Below the pieces are notes generated by a model. The model worked only from the letters and a program-made list of their open reading frames with translations. It had not been told where the DNA came from and did not search any database. This document shows, one piece after another, positions 42,797 to 52,693 of a stretch of 64,000 nt of DNA (position 1 is its first letter; every line of letters starts with the position of its first letter). The stretch is taken from assembly GCA_012729955.1 (NCBI GenBank), contig JAAYBX010000025.1, positions 45,168 to 109,167 on the forward strand, read 5' to 3'. The translations under genes were made by a program, and so were the position numbers. This DNA is from Clostridiaceae bacterium (GTDB taxonomy: Bacteria > Bacillota > Clostridia > DUPQ01).

Positions 42797-43588
42797 ATGA
42801 TTGAATGGATGAGAAATCTAATCTATATTGGTAATTTTGGTGTCGGTATTCTTTTTGCTTCACATATCGCATGTATGAAATTACATGAACGTGAAGGAAA
42901 AACAAAAATAAACAGAGTTGAACATATAGTTAATGGGTATTTATTAAAGATTTCTGAAAAATTTGGTATACCTTCAGAAAAAACAAAGGAATTTGCGAGC
43001 CTTATATTGTTTTTCATAATCTTATGCCTTTTAGCAGCTATAACATCAGGTATATCCAAAGCACTTATCATATTAGTGCCTTGTATCATATGTATATTCA
43101 TTACTAAGAAAGTATGGGAAAAAAATATAAATGATATGTTTCAAAAGAATGCCTATAAGCTATATCGGTATCTGATTTCTCAGATAATAGCAGGAGTAAA
43201 ACCAAAAGATGTGATTATAAATATGTACAAGATAACAGAAGACAAAAGTTTAAAGAAAATTCTCACAAAGGCTTCTGCAGCGTATTCAATAACACTTGAT
43301 GGGAAAACATATTCAGATGTAATAAAAGCATCGATTAAGACTGAAGACGCAAACAGATTTTGTATGATTCTAGAAGAGGATCTTTTATATACCGATAATG
43401 AGGAATTTTTGGAAAAAATGGAAGAAATGATGTTCAACAGACATTTTTCTTATCATCAGAAAAGAACAGACAGTATAAAAAAAGGCTGCTTCGCGGCAGT
43501 ATGCGTATTCATGCTTATCGTGATAATCATGGTAGCTCTGCCGCTTATGAATGAGCTTGTGCAGGGGCTCAAATATATATTTTTATAG
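42797..43588 (+). CDS. tadC: Tad pilus inner-membrane platform protein TadC (T2SSF domain)
   Basis: 263 aa, same architecture as TadB. Starts 2 nt after the tadB stop. Confidence 0.65.
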   Translation: MIEWMRNLIYIGNFGVGILFASHIACMKLHEREGKTKINRVEHIVNGYLLKISEKFGIPSEKTKEFASLILFFIILCLLAAITSGISKALIILVPCIICIFITKKVWEKNINDMFQKNAYKLYRYLISQIIAGVKPKDVIINMYKITEDKSLKKILTKASAAYSITLDGKTYSDVIKASIKTEDANRFCMILEEDLLYTDNEEFLEKMEEMMFNRHFSYHQKRTDSIKKGCFAAVCVFMLIVIIMVALPLMNELVQGLKYIFL

Positions 43589-43597
43589 GAGGAGAAA

Positions 43598-43789
43598 ATG
43601 ATAGTTAACAAACAAAACAAAAGAGGATTCGGTGTTTCCGAAATTATCGGAATAGCGACGGTGTTAGTAATTGCAGCTGCGGTTGTAATACCTGGACTAA
43701 GAGAAATTGCATCAGACATAATAACTTCTACCAAAACATGGGTAGGAACAAGGATGTCTGAGATTTTCGAAGTATCTTCAGGAACCTAA
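43598..43789 (+). CDS. flp: Flp/type IVb prepilin
   Basis: 63 aa. Leader MIVNKQNKRG, then FGVSEIIGIATVLVIAAAVV (Glu at +5) hydrophobic helix. Strong AGGAGG RBS. Confidence 0.8.
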   Translation: MIVNKQNKRGFGVSEIIGIATVLVIAAAVVIPGLREIASDIITSTKTWVGTRMSEIFEVSSGT

Positions 43790-43798
43790 CAAACACAT

Positions 43799-44173
43799 AT
43801 GGCTGAGAAGATAATTATTAGCATAATCACTTTACTCATAATACTGTGCATATTCGCTTATTTTGTGGATGTCCTGACAGTTATATCAAAAAATATGGAA
43901 TTTCATGATATATGCAGAGGATATATGCACATAGCTGAACAGAATTCAGGATTAAGTTATGAACATAAGTTAAGTATGATGGATAATCTTATTTCCAGGG
44001 GCTTTGATAATGTTGTAATCTCAGCCCCTGCATCAGCCATGTATGGAAGCATGTTTAACCTGGATATTCAAGCATCATATGAAGTTAATATGATAACAGA
44101 TGTCTTTACTTGGAATTCGCAGGAGTATGTGATGCATTTCAGTCAGAACATTACAGCAAGAAGGATCTATTGA
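43799..44173 (+). CDS. TadE-like pseudopilin/minor pilin
   Basis: 124 aa. N-terminal TM helix, small secreted domain. In Tad operon position. Confidence 0.55.
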   Translation: MAEKIIISIITLLIILCIFAYFVDVLTVISKNMEFHDICRGYMHIAEQNSGLSYEHKLSMMDNLISRGFDNVVISAPASAMYGSMFNLDIQASYEVNMITDVFTWNSQEYVMHFSQNITARRIY

Positions 44174-44174
44174 G

Positions 44175-44630
44175 ATGAATTTGAAGAAGAAGGGGACAGG
44201 AATACCGGAAGTGCTTGTATGCGTTTTTATACTTATTTATATAATGCTTCCCCTCTTTTGTTCCACTGTTCATAAAGCAATGTTTTATCATCAAGCAGCC
44301 AAAATTGAGCAGGCTGTTGAAATGGCAGTCATATCATTGATAAATGAAAATAGTACTCAAATATTTTCTTTTGGTTTTATTGAATTACAGGCTGATGAAC
44401 AGCAGCTTAAGTATCTGGTTTCTAATGAAATATCTAAAAGCTGCATCAGTTCGTTAAGCGTAAATGATGATGATATATATATTTCTGTGATTGAAACAGG
44501 TAACAGATGCAGCTGCGGAATATATAACGAACACTTTATGATTTCAGCGGATATAACTGCAACATTAGATTTTCTAGGACAAAGACAGTTTGAAGTTCAT
44601 AAACATGTCGAATTTCCAGTTATAAGGTGA
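44175..44630 (+). CDS. TadE/TadG-like minor pilin with prepilin-type leader
   Basis: MNLKKKG/TGIPEVLVCVF gives a G-cleavage site with Glu+5. 151 aa. Confidence 0.55.
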   Translation: MNLKKKGTGIPEVLVCVFILIYIMLPLFCSTVHKAMFYHQAAKIEQAVEMAVISLINENSTQIFSFGFIELQADEQQLKYLVSNEISKSCISSLSVNDDDIYISVIETGNRCSCGIYNEHFMISADITATLDFLGQRQFEVHKHVEFPVIR

Positions 44631-44676
44631 TTATACATATTTAAAATGTAAATTAGCAGAAAGTATTAGGAGAAAT

Positions 44677-45294
44677 ATGAAAAGATATAAATACTATATA
44701 TTAGCGGGCATATTTGCCATCTTTCTTACAATATTGCAGATATTCATATCCAGATCATTTATTGAAAAGGATAAAGGGTATGTTTTCATAGCGGAAAGAG
44801 CGATATTAAAAGGAGAGCATATTAAGGAAGAGGATGTGAAAAGAATACAGGTATATGGAATATCATCAACATTTACTATCGATGAGAATAAAATATGTAT
44901 TAATGATATTCAGGAAGGAACCATACTGGCAAATGAGATGCTATGTGATATGCCGCCTGAAAAAGATTTACGAGTAATATGCCTGCCTGTAGATAAAAGC
45001 AGATGTCCTTTTGCAATACTGTCTTCATCAGATACTATCAATGTCTTTATAATGCCTGATAACAAATCGATAAGCATATATGAATCAGCATGGCTGGATA
45101 AAGTACTAAAAGAGCTTGGTATTTCATATGATAGTGAAAGTGATATAGGGTTCATGATTGAAAATCTTGAAATAGCTGATCTGGGAACTTATGAAAGCTC
45201 AAATTACTCTATTAGCATAAAAGTACCAAAGCTAATAGATAAGCTTTTTGCATTTATTAAAGGACATTGCACGATAGAGATTATACTGCCTTAA
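44677..45294 (+). CDS. cpaB: Flp pilus assembly protein CpaB/RcpC-like (SAF domain)
   Basis: N-terminal TM, then SAF-like region VFIAERAILKGEHIKEEDV. Confidence 0.6.
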   Translation: MKRYKYYILAGIFAIFLTILQIFISRSFIEKDKGYVFIAERAILKGEHIKEEDVKRIQVYGISSTFTIDENKICINDIQEGTILANEMLCDMPPEKDLRVICLPVDKSRCPFAILSSSDTINVFIMPDNKSISIYESAWLDKVLKELGISYDSESDIGFMIENLEIADLGTYESSNYSISIKVPKLIDKLFAFIKGHCTIEIILP

Positions 45295-45363
45295 TGATAT
45301 TGAGTGTGGAAAGATAAAATTCTTTATGATATACTTTTTTATATAATATGTCATGGAGGAGAT

Positions 45364-46185
45364 ATGGATAAATACTACGAGAGCTTACTCAAGTCAGTTG
45401 AATATATTAAATCGAAAATCAAAGATAAACCTGTACTCGGTATAGTGCTGGGTTCCGGTCTTGGTATGCTTGCATCACATATACAGGACAGGATTGAATT
45501 AGATTATCATGAGATACCGAATTATCCTGTATCAACCATTCCTGGACATGCTGGGAAATTAATATTTGGTTATCTTAGCGGTAAATATGTAGCTTGTATG
45601 GCAGGCAGATTTCACTATTATGAAGGATACGAAGCAGAACAGATACATATCGGTGTACGGACTTTTAAGCTGCTGGGTGCAGATGGAGTTATAATAACCA
45701 ATGCTGCAGGAGGGATAAACACTGCATTTAAAGAAGGAACTATAATGCTCATAAATGACCATATAGGTTTTATGGCACCATCAGCTCTTAGAGGACCAAA
45801 TATAGATATGCTCGGTGAAAGATTTTTTGATATGTCTAAGGTCTATGATAAGCAATACCTTGATACAGCAAGAAATGTCGCTAAAAAGATAGGACTTGAT
45901 GTTAAAGAAGGTGTTTACATGTTCTTCAAAGGACCTAATTTCGAGACTCCTGCGGAAATAAGAGCTGCAAGGATTCTAGGCGCAGACGCAGCGGGAATGT
46001 CTACTGTCCCTGAGGTTGTGGCTTGCGCTCATTGCAATCTGAAAGTGCTTGGCATGTCCGTTATAACCAATATGGCTGCCGGTATTCTGGATAAGAAACT
46101 TAACCATGAGGAAGTTATGGAGACAGCAAATCGTATACATGAAACATTTATCGAATATGTTAAACAGATAGTTAAGGAGCTATAA
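45364..46185 (+). CDS. punA: Purine nucleoside phosphorylase I (inosine/guanosine)
   Basis: Start set at ATG after the GGAGGAG RBS. PNP family I motifs (GSGLG, MSTVPE). Confidence 0.88.
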   Translation: MDKYYESLLKSVEYIKSKIKDKPVLGIVLGSGLGMLASHIQDRIELDYHEIPNYPVSTIPGHAGKLIFGYLSGKYVACMAGRFHYYEGYEAEQIHIGVRTFKLLGADGVIITNAAGGINTAFKEGTIMLINDHIGFMAPSALRGPNIDMLGERFFDMSKVYDKQYLDTARNVAKKIGLDVKEGVYMFFKGPNFETPAEIRAARILGADAAGMSTVPEVVACAHCNLKVLGMSVITNMAAGILDKKLNHEEVMETANRIHETFIEYVKQIVKEL

Positions 46186-47430
46186 ATGGAGTATGAAATT
46201 AAGGATCTTTCATTAAAGGATATTGGAAGAGAAAAGATAGAATGGATTAAGGATTTTATGCCTGTTCTTTCTTCAATTGAGAAAGAACTTATTGGTGAAC
46301 AGCCTTTAAAAGGGATAAAAGTAACAATGGCTCTTCATCTTGAAGCAAAGACAGCTTATCTGGCAGTTGTAATGCATAATCTTGGAGCACAAGTCAGAGT
46401 AACAGGAAGCAACCCTCTTTCCACTCAGGATGAAATAACTGCAGCGCTTGTAGATATCGGAATATCTGTATTTGCTTATAGGGGAGTGGACAGTGAGACA
46501 TATAAGAACCATCTTGTAAAAGCTCTTGCCCATAAACCGAATATAGTCATAGATGATGGAGCTGATCTTGCACACACTTTACATAAGCAGCATCCAGAGC
46601 TTATGGCTGATGTTTATGGCGGATGTGAAGAAACCACAACAGGTATAGTGCGTCTTAAAGCTATGGATAGTCAGAAGATTCTGAAGTACCCTATGTTCGC
46701 GATTAATGATGCTGATTGCAAGCATTTATTTGATAACCGGTATGGTACAGGCCAGTCCTCACTTGAAGGTATTATGCGTGCGACCAACCTAACACTTTTT
46801 GGCAAGAAGCTAGTTGTAGCTGGTTATGGGTGGTGCGGTAAAGGAATAGCATCAAAAGCAAAAGGGTTTGGAGCTAATGTGATAGTTACTGAAGTTGATA
46901 CTATAAAAGCCTTAGAAGCTGTTATGGATGGATTTGATGTAATGCCCATGGATCAGGCAGCTAGGATAGGTGATATTTTTATTACAGTTACCGGTAATAT
47001 TGATGTGATTACAGAAAAACACTTTTTAAATATGAAAAATAATGCGATATTATGCAACGCAGGGCATTTCGATTGTGAGATATCCATGAATCAACTCAAT
47101 AAGATTGCTGTCAAACAGGAAAAGAGAAGAAATGGGGTTGCTGGATATTATCTGAAAAACGGTAATGTTATAAATGTTCTTGGAGAGGGAAGACTGGTTA
47201 ATTTGGCATGCGCAGACGGGCATGCTGCAGAAATAATGGATATGAGTTTTTCTCTGCAGCTTCTTACTGCATTACATATATTAAAGAACAGAGGCAAGCT
47301 TGAGAACAAATTGTATAATGTTCCAGCCAGTATCGATAGGGCTGTAGCTGAAGCGAAACTGAAATCAATGGGAATCAGTATTGATATACTTTCAAATGAA
47401 CAAAAAAAATATTTAGAGAGCTGGGAGTAA
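46186..47430 (+). CDS. ahcY: Adenosylhomocysteinase
   Basis: 414 aa. NAD-binding GYGWCGKG; typical SAHH N-terminus. Confidence 0.92.
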   Translation: MEYEIKDLSLKDIGREKIEWIKDFMPVLSSIEKELIGEQPLKGIKVTMALHLEAKTAYLAVVMHNLGAQVRVTGSNPLSTQDEITAALVDIGISVFAYRGVDSETYKNHLVKALAHKPNIVIDDGADLAHTLHKQHPELMADVYGGCEETTTGIVRLKAMDSQKILKYPMFAINDADCKHLFDNRYGTGQSSLEGIMRATNLTLFGKKLVVAGYGWCGKGIASKAKGFGANVIVTEVDTIKALEAVMDGFDVMPMDQAARIGDIFITVTGNIDVITEKHFLNMKNNAILCNAGHFDCEISMNQLNKIAVKQEKRRNGVAGYYLKNGNVINVLGEGRLVNLACADGHAAEIMDMSFSLQLLTALHILKNRGKLENKLYNVPASIDRAVAEAKLKSMGISIDILSNEQKKYLESWE

Positions 47431-47431
47431 G

Positions 47432-49099
47432 ATGAAATTTTCCGTAAAAGACAGAATTATACCTTGCCCAAAAAACATAAAGGCAAATGAGAGTTTTACT
47501 TTCTTCAGGAACAGGACAAAAGTCATTCTTAAAGCTGAGAAGTCACCAATTTTATCGAATGCATATGAAATGCTTAATTCCTTATGCTCTGATGGGTACA
47601 TCAATCCGGATTTTATAATTACATTAAAAAAGATTGATGAGTATTATGAGTATAAGGAACTGGAAAAATGCATTAATAAGAAGCAGGCATATATTATAAG
47701 ACCTGTCATTAAGGATAAAATATTTGCTGGTCTTGATCTTATGGCATACACTGATGTCGGGTTATATTATGCATGTACAACACTATACCAGACAATCATA
47801 CAGATTTCTGATAAGGAAATTGAAATACCGGTTTTAGAAGTATCTGATTGGCCTTCAATAGAGTACAGAGGAATGTTTTTAGGAGACTATATCAAATGTC
47901 TTCCATATACGTCAATGCTGAAACTTAATGCACTTGATTATGTATATAATACTAAGAACAAGGAGAAAGAAAAGGAGATTTATTCAGATTGCGATAGATA
48001 CGGTATTACTCCTTTCAGTGCTGTTTTTGAATGGGAGGATCCTGCAGAGATTTTTGAAAAACTGTACAAATCTGAACATAAGAATAATCTGTTGTTTTGG
48101 ATGAATGAGCAATGGGATGAAGCTGAGCTTTATTATGAGACAACGAGGATACTGGATGCTTTTAATGCATATAGTAAAGAAGATAATCAGTTGGAAGCAG
48201 GAATTATTACCAATTTCAAAGGGGATAAGACATTTGACAGGATTTTTAATCAGCCACTGCCAAATAACTTCTCAATCTCTTACTGCGATAAGACAAAGAC
48301 ATATAATACTGATGTAAGAGAAATTACAGATGCATCTATTGCTGCATTTGCAAAAAACAGTGGTAAATTCGGTATATATCCCATGATAGCTTTTGATATA
48401 AATACATTCTTCTTATGGACATCACCTGAATTTATTCAATTCAGATGTGCGGAATTCGACAGGATTAAAGCTCATAAGGTTATGGGTTATACCCCATATG
48501 CATGTTCATTCTTGAAATTTAATATTTCAGCATTTGCAGAGTGGTTATGGAATCCCAAAGGCAGAAATACCATAGACTTTATAAAAGCTTATGCTTACAG
48601 GGAAAACTTAGATTATGATAAATACGAAAATATGCTATATTATCTTACATTTGCATCCTGGTCATTACAAAGAAGCAATTTCGTACAGTGTCTAAATGAG
48701 GAAACTGTTGATTTTAAAAAGCTTAAAAAACTATCACGGCCAAAGCAGATGGCAAATGATGCTCAAAGAGCATCGAAATACGCACAGCTGCTTGAGAATC
48801 CAATTCTGATAAATGAAACTCAAGCTACATATTCAGCAATCATAGCGTATGATCTCACAAAAAAACTGCTAAGGCTTTCATCTCTGAAAAAACCAAACAG
48901 GAGGAAATACCTTATCTGCAGGGAAAAACTGGATGAAGCATGTAAATCCGTTTATACAAGCCTTATGGGTTGGGCAGAACATATGAAGAAGGAATCCGGA
49001 GCATATGACACATATATTCATGAAACTGCTAAGGCTTTTTTGCATCTTCCATCCATTTTTAATAAATTTGAATCTGAAAGTATTAAAGCATCTGAATAG
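47432..49099 (+). CDS. Hypothetical protein with GH20-like (beta-hexosaminidase-like) N-terminal motif, probably non-canonical
   Basis: VSDWPSIEYRGMFLGD resembles the GH20 DxPRFxYRGxMLD start of the catalytic barrel. No H-x-G-G-D-E seen. 555 aa. Confidence 0.4.
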   Translation: MKFSVKDRIIPCPKNIKANESFTFFRNRTKVILKAEKSPILSNAYEMLNSLCSDGYINPDFIITLKKIDEYYEYKELEKCINKKQAYIIRPVIKDKIFAGLDLMAYTDVGLYYACTTLYQTIIQISDKEIEIPVLEVSDWPSIEYRGMFLGDYIKCLPYTSMLKLNALDYVYNTKNKEKEKEIYSDCDRYGITPFSAVFEWEDPAEIFEKLYKSEHKNNLLFWMNEQWDEAELYYETTRILDAFNAYSKEDNQLEAGIITNFKGDKTFDRIFNQPLPNNFSISYCDKTKTYNTDVREITDASIAAFAKNSGKFGIYPMIAFDINTFFLWTSPEFIQFRCAEFDRIKAHKVMGYTPYACSFLKFNISAFAEWLWNPKGRNTIDFIKAYAYRENLDYDKYENMLYYLTFASWSLQRSNFVQCLNEETVDFKKLKKLSRPKQMANDAQRASKYAQLLENPILINETQATYSAIIAYDLTKKLLRLSSLKKPNRRKYLICREKLDEACKSVYTSLMGWAEHMKKESGAYDTYIHETAKAFLHLPSIFNKFESESIKASE

Positions 49100-49789
49100 G
49101 TGAAGAAGCAACTTTTTTATATATCTGTAATACTGGTAATGTTATCGCTGTTTTGCTCATGTAATAATGAAGAACAATCTTACCTTGTTTATGATGATTC
49201 ATTACAAGGCCGGGAACTTGTAGATTCAATCGTTCAGAATGTGCCAAAAAGCATATATATTGAAATGGAGATAAAGGTTCAGGATTCAGTCTCAGATATG
49301 ATACTTGCAAAACACAATAATATAGTAATGACCAAATCATCATTATCTGATGATGTGAATGTAATAAGCATATATGACTATTCTGCTAAAAAGGCATTCC
49401 AATATTTTGAAGGAGACAGTCTAACAGATGAAGAAAAAACTTATGGGATGGAACTGTCGTTAACCGAGGATGAGATTGAAAAGGGAATTGATTATCACTT
49501 TAAGACATTGGATGATATCGGTGAAGTAGTTGAAGCTTATGAAACCGAATATAATTCCAAAAGAGCAATATATATTAAAAGCAGCTATGATTATGAAGGT
49601 TCATCACTGGTATTTGAAATATACCTTTCCACAGACTATTCATATCCTTTATATATGCTTAGCTCTGTAGATGGAAGCGATACAGTAGAGATGATAATTA
49701 AGAATATTGATACAGAATACAGATTTTCCGATACTTTTCCAGATATTCCTGAATATATCCATTTCATTGATTATGATGATTATGAGTAA
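49100..49789 (+). CDS. Putative lipoprotein (acidic, unknown function)
   Basis: Signal peptide with LFCSC lipobox. Asp/Glu/Tyr-rich mature part. Confidence 0.5.
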   Translation: MKKQLFYISVILVMLSLFCSCNNEEQSYLVYDDSLQGRELVDSIVQNVPKSIYIEMEIKVQDSVSDMILAKHNNIVMTKSSLSDDVNVISIYDYSAKKAFQYFEGDSLTDEEKTYGMELSLTEDEIEKGIDYHFKTLDDIGEVVEAYETEYNSKRAIYIKSSYDYEGSSLVFEIYLSTDYSYPLYMLSSVDGSDTVEMIIKNIDTEYRFSDTFPDIPEYIHFIDYDDYE

Positions 49790-49867
49790 TGTGCCTGTAT
49801 TGACATACAATGAATTGATGGTATAATACTCTCAATATGGCGTTACAAGAAGGATGAGTAACATGTA

Positions 49868-50068
49868 TTTTGTGATAAAGAGAGAGGGGAGCGGTGAGAA
49901 CCCTTGCAAGGATATATGTGAAAGCTAGCCTTTGAAGCCTTCCGCAAAACGGAACGTACTCCTGCGTTAAAGGTTTAAGAGCTTTCAAGAGAATGTATTC
50001 TATTATGAAAGAATTTGGGTGGTACCGCGTGATAACTCTCGTCCCTTTACAGGATGGGAGTTTTTTAT
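49868..50068 (+). promoter_or_regulatory. T-box leader (tRNA-Ala-responsive) with terminator
   Basis: Stem I AGAGAG / GGTGAGA elements. Probable GCU specifier (AAAGCUAG). Canonical T-box AATTTGGGTGGTACCGCG, then a terminator hairpin + T7, immediately before alaS. Confidence 0.8.
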
Positions 50069-50098
50069 ATACAATATACTAGGAATAAGGTGAAAAAA

Positions 50099-52693
50099 AT
50101 GGAGAAATTATCATTAAACACATTAAGAGAGGAATATCTGAAATTTTTTGAAAGCAAAGGTCATCTGAGACTGAAGAGTTTTTCACTAGTCCCTCTGGAT
50201 GATCCTTCCATACTTTTAATCAATGCAGGCATGACGCCTTTAAAGCCATACTTTACCGGTGCTGTGGAACCGCCGTCAAAAAGGATAACTACCTGTCAGA
50301 AGTGTATAAGGACATTAGATATTGACCGTGTAGGTATTACAACAAGGCATGGTACTTTTTTCGAAATGCTGGGTAATTTTTCCTTTGGAGACTATTTCAA
50401 GGAAGAAGCGATACAGTGGTCCTGGGAATTCTTTACCGAAGTTCTGTTATTGGATAAGAATCGTCTTTATGCATCTGTTTATGAAGAAGATGATGAAGCA
50501 TATGATATCTGGAAAAATATTGTGAAAATGGATGAAAACCACATAGTAAGGCTTGGTAAAGAAGACAACTTCTGGGAACATGGCATCGGGCCTTGCGGAC
50601 CATGCTCTGAAATTTACTATGACAGAGGTGAAGATAAGGGATGCGGTTCTAAAGACTGTAAAGTAGGCTGTGACTGTGACAGATTTGTTGAAGTATGGAA
50701 TAATGTTTTTACACAGTTTGACAAACAGGAAGATGGAAGCTATAAGCCTCTTAAAAATAAAAATATAGATACTGGTATGGGATTGGAAAGACTGGCATGT
50801 GTAGTACAAGGAGTAGATTCACTGTTTGAAGTAGACACTATTAAGCAAATACTTGATACTGTCTGCCATGTTACAGGTACAGTATACGGAAAGAACAAAA
50901 CAAAAGATATTTCCATACGTGTTATTACTGATCACATCAGAAGCTCGGTTATGATGATTTCTGATGGCATTATACCTTCAAATGAAGGAAGAGGATATGT
51001 GTTGAGAAGGCTGTTAAGGAGAGCATCAAGACATGGACGGCTTTTAGGAAAAGAAGATGTTTTTCTTGCTGGGCTGACTGATGTGGTTATAAGCAATTCA
51101 AAGATTGCATATCCTGAACTTGAAGAGAAGAAGGATTATATTTACAAAGTCGTACAAAGCGAGGAATCTAAATTTATAAATACTATTGAAAGCGGGATGA
51201 CAATCCTGAACCAGTACCTTGAACAGGCAAAAAATGATAAAAAAGATGTTCTTGCAGGTGAGCATATTTTCAAACTTCATGACACATATGGGTTTCCATA
51301 TGACCTTACTAGGGAAATAGCTTTTGAGAGAGGTTTCAAACTGGACAAAGACGGGTTTGATGTGTGTATGCAGAATCAGAAGAAAACTGCAAGAGATGCA
51401 AAGAAAGCTAATGAAGGTTCTGCTTGGCAGAATGATGAAAATGTATATAAAAATCTATCCAAAACAAAGTTTTTGGGCTATGACAAGCTAGTAACTCAGG
51501 CAGAAGTTTTATCTTTTATACAGAAAGATGAAACAGTTGAAGTAGTAACTGATAAGACTGTATTCTATGCAGAAGGTGGCGGACAGCAGGCTGATGCTGG
51601 GTATATATGTAATAATAACGCTAAGATGAAGGTTATAAATGTAGTGAGCAAAGAAGGTATCTGCATTCACACAGGAGTAATGGAAAAAGGCATTTTTTAT
51701 AAAGGAGATATAGTTACTTCCTATGTGGATGAGAATAGAAGAAGAGCTACTGAACGCAATCACACAGCAACACATATGCTTCAATATGCGCTTAGGGAAG
51801 TTCTAGGGAATCATGTACATCAGGCTGGTTCATACGTTGATCATCAAAGGTTACGATTCGACTTTACTCATTTCTCTGCTATGGATGAGGAGCAGATATT
51901 GAAAGTTCAAAGCATAGTTAACAGTATGGTCCTGAAAGATATTGATGTTGTTAAGGAAGTCATGGATATAGATACAGCTAAGAAAAAAGGAGCTACAGCA
52001 TTATTCGGAGAGAAATACTCTAAGCAAGTACGTGTTGTATCTATTAATCCTTACAGTATGGAATTATGCGGAGGCACACATCTTTCAAGAACAGGAGAAA
52101 CAGGTCTTTTTAAAATTGTTTCTGAGAATGCAGTCGCATCCGGTGTAAGAAGGATAGAAGCATTAACAGGGACAAATGCGATAGAACATATGCAAAAACA
52201 GGAAGATATTGTAAATCAGCTTTCAAAAATGCTTAAAGGAACTGATGTTATATCTAAAGTAGAAAATCTTTCCTCTTCGATTAAGGAATTAAAAAAAGAA
52301 AATGCTGAGCTTAAGAATAAACTATCTTCTTCTGAGGTAAAGGATGTATTAAGCGTATTCGAACAGTATAAGGGTATAAAGATAGTTTCTTCTGTAATTG
52401 AAAATGCAGATATGTCAGTTCTTAGAAACCTGTCAGACAAAGCACGTGAGAGATATGATGACTGTGTCGCGGTATTTGTCTCAACTGGTGAGAAAGTTTC
52501 AATGGTAGTAGCTGCAACAAAAGTAGCTGTTGAAAAGGGTATTAAAGCGAATCTTGTAATTAAAGAAGCAGCTGCTCTGATAGGAGGTTCGGGTGGCGGA
52601 AGGCCGGAGATGGCTCAGGCAGGAGGAAAAGATTCAGACAAAGCCCATGATGCTCTTAAAAAGGCAATAGAACTAATCAAGGAGGCACTGTAA
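50099..52693 (+). CDS. alaS: Alanine--tRNA ligase
   Basis: Start moved to MEKLSLNTLREEYL downstream of the T-box terminator. Class II motifs, C-terminal DHHA1 (GGSGGGRP). Confidence 0.95.
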   Translation: MEKLSLNTLREEYLKFFESKGHLRLKSFSLVPLDDPSILLINAGMTPLKPYFTGAVEPPSKRITTCQKCIRTLDIDRVGITTRHGTFFEMLGNFSFGDYFKEEAIQWSWEFFTEVLLLDKNRLYASVYEEDDEAYDIWKNIVKMDENHIVRLGKEDNFWEHGIGPCGPCSEIYYDRGEDKGCGSKDCKVGCDCDRFVEVWNNVFTQFDKQEDGSYKPLKNKNIDTGMGLERLACVVQGVDSLFEVDTIKQILDTVCHVTGTVYGKNKTKDISIRVITDHIRSSVMMISDGIIPSNEGRGYVLRRLLRRASRHGRLLGKEDVFLAGLTDVVISNSKIAYPELEEKKDYIYKVVQSEESKFINTIESGMTILNQYLEQAKNDKKDVLAGEHIFKLHDTYGFPYDLTREIAFERGFKLDKDGFDVCMQNQKKTARDAKKANEGSAWQNDENVYKNLSKTKFLGYDKLVTQAEVLSFIQKDETVEVVTDKTVFYAEGGGQQADAGYICNNNAKMKVINVVSKEGICIHTGVMEKGIFYKGDIVTSYVDENRRRATERNHTATHMLQYALREVLGNHVHQAGSYVDHQRLRFDFTHFSAMDEEQILKVQSIVNSMVLKDIDVVKEVMDIDTAKKKGATALFGEKYSKQVRVVSINPYSMELCGGTHLSRTGETGLFKIVSENAVASGVRRIEALTGTNAIEHMQKQEDIVNQLSKMLKGTDVISKVENLSSSIKELKKENAELKNKLSSSEVKDVLSVFEQYKGIKIVSSVIENADMSVLRNLSDKARERYDDCVAVFVSTGEKVSMVVAATKVAVEKGIKANLVIKEAAALIGGSGGGRPEMAQAGGKDSDKAHDALKKAIELIKEAL

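Noticed and set aside
50054-50098. ORF-track start of alaS at 50054
   Set aside because: Lies inside the T-box terminator. The conserved AlaRS N-terminus begins at 50099.
50447-50809. 120-aa minus-strand ORF inside alaS (and similar ones at 51098, 51509, 52216)
   Set aside because: Antisense shadow ORFs within a universally conserved gene.
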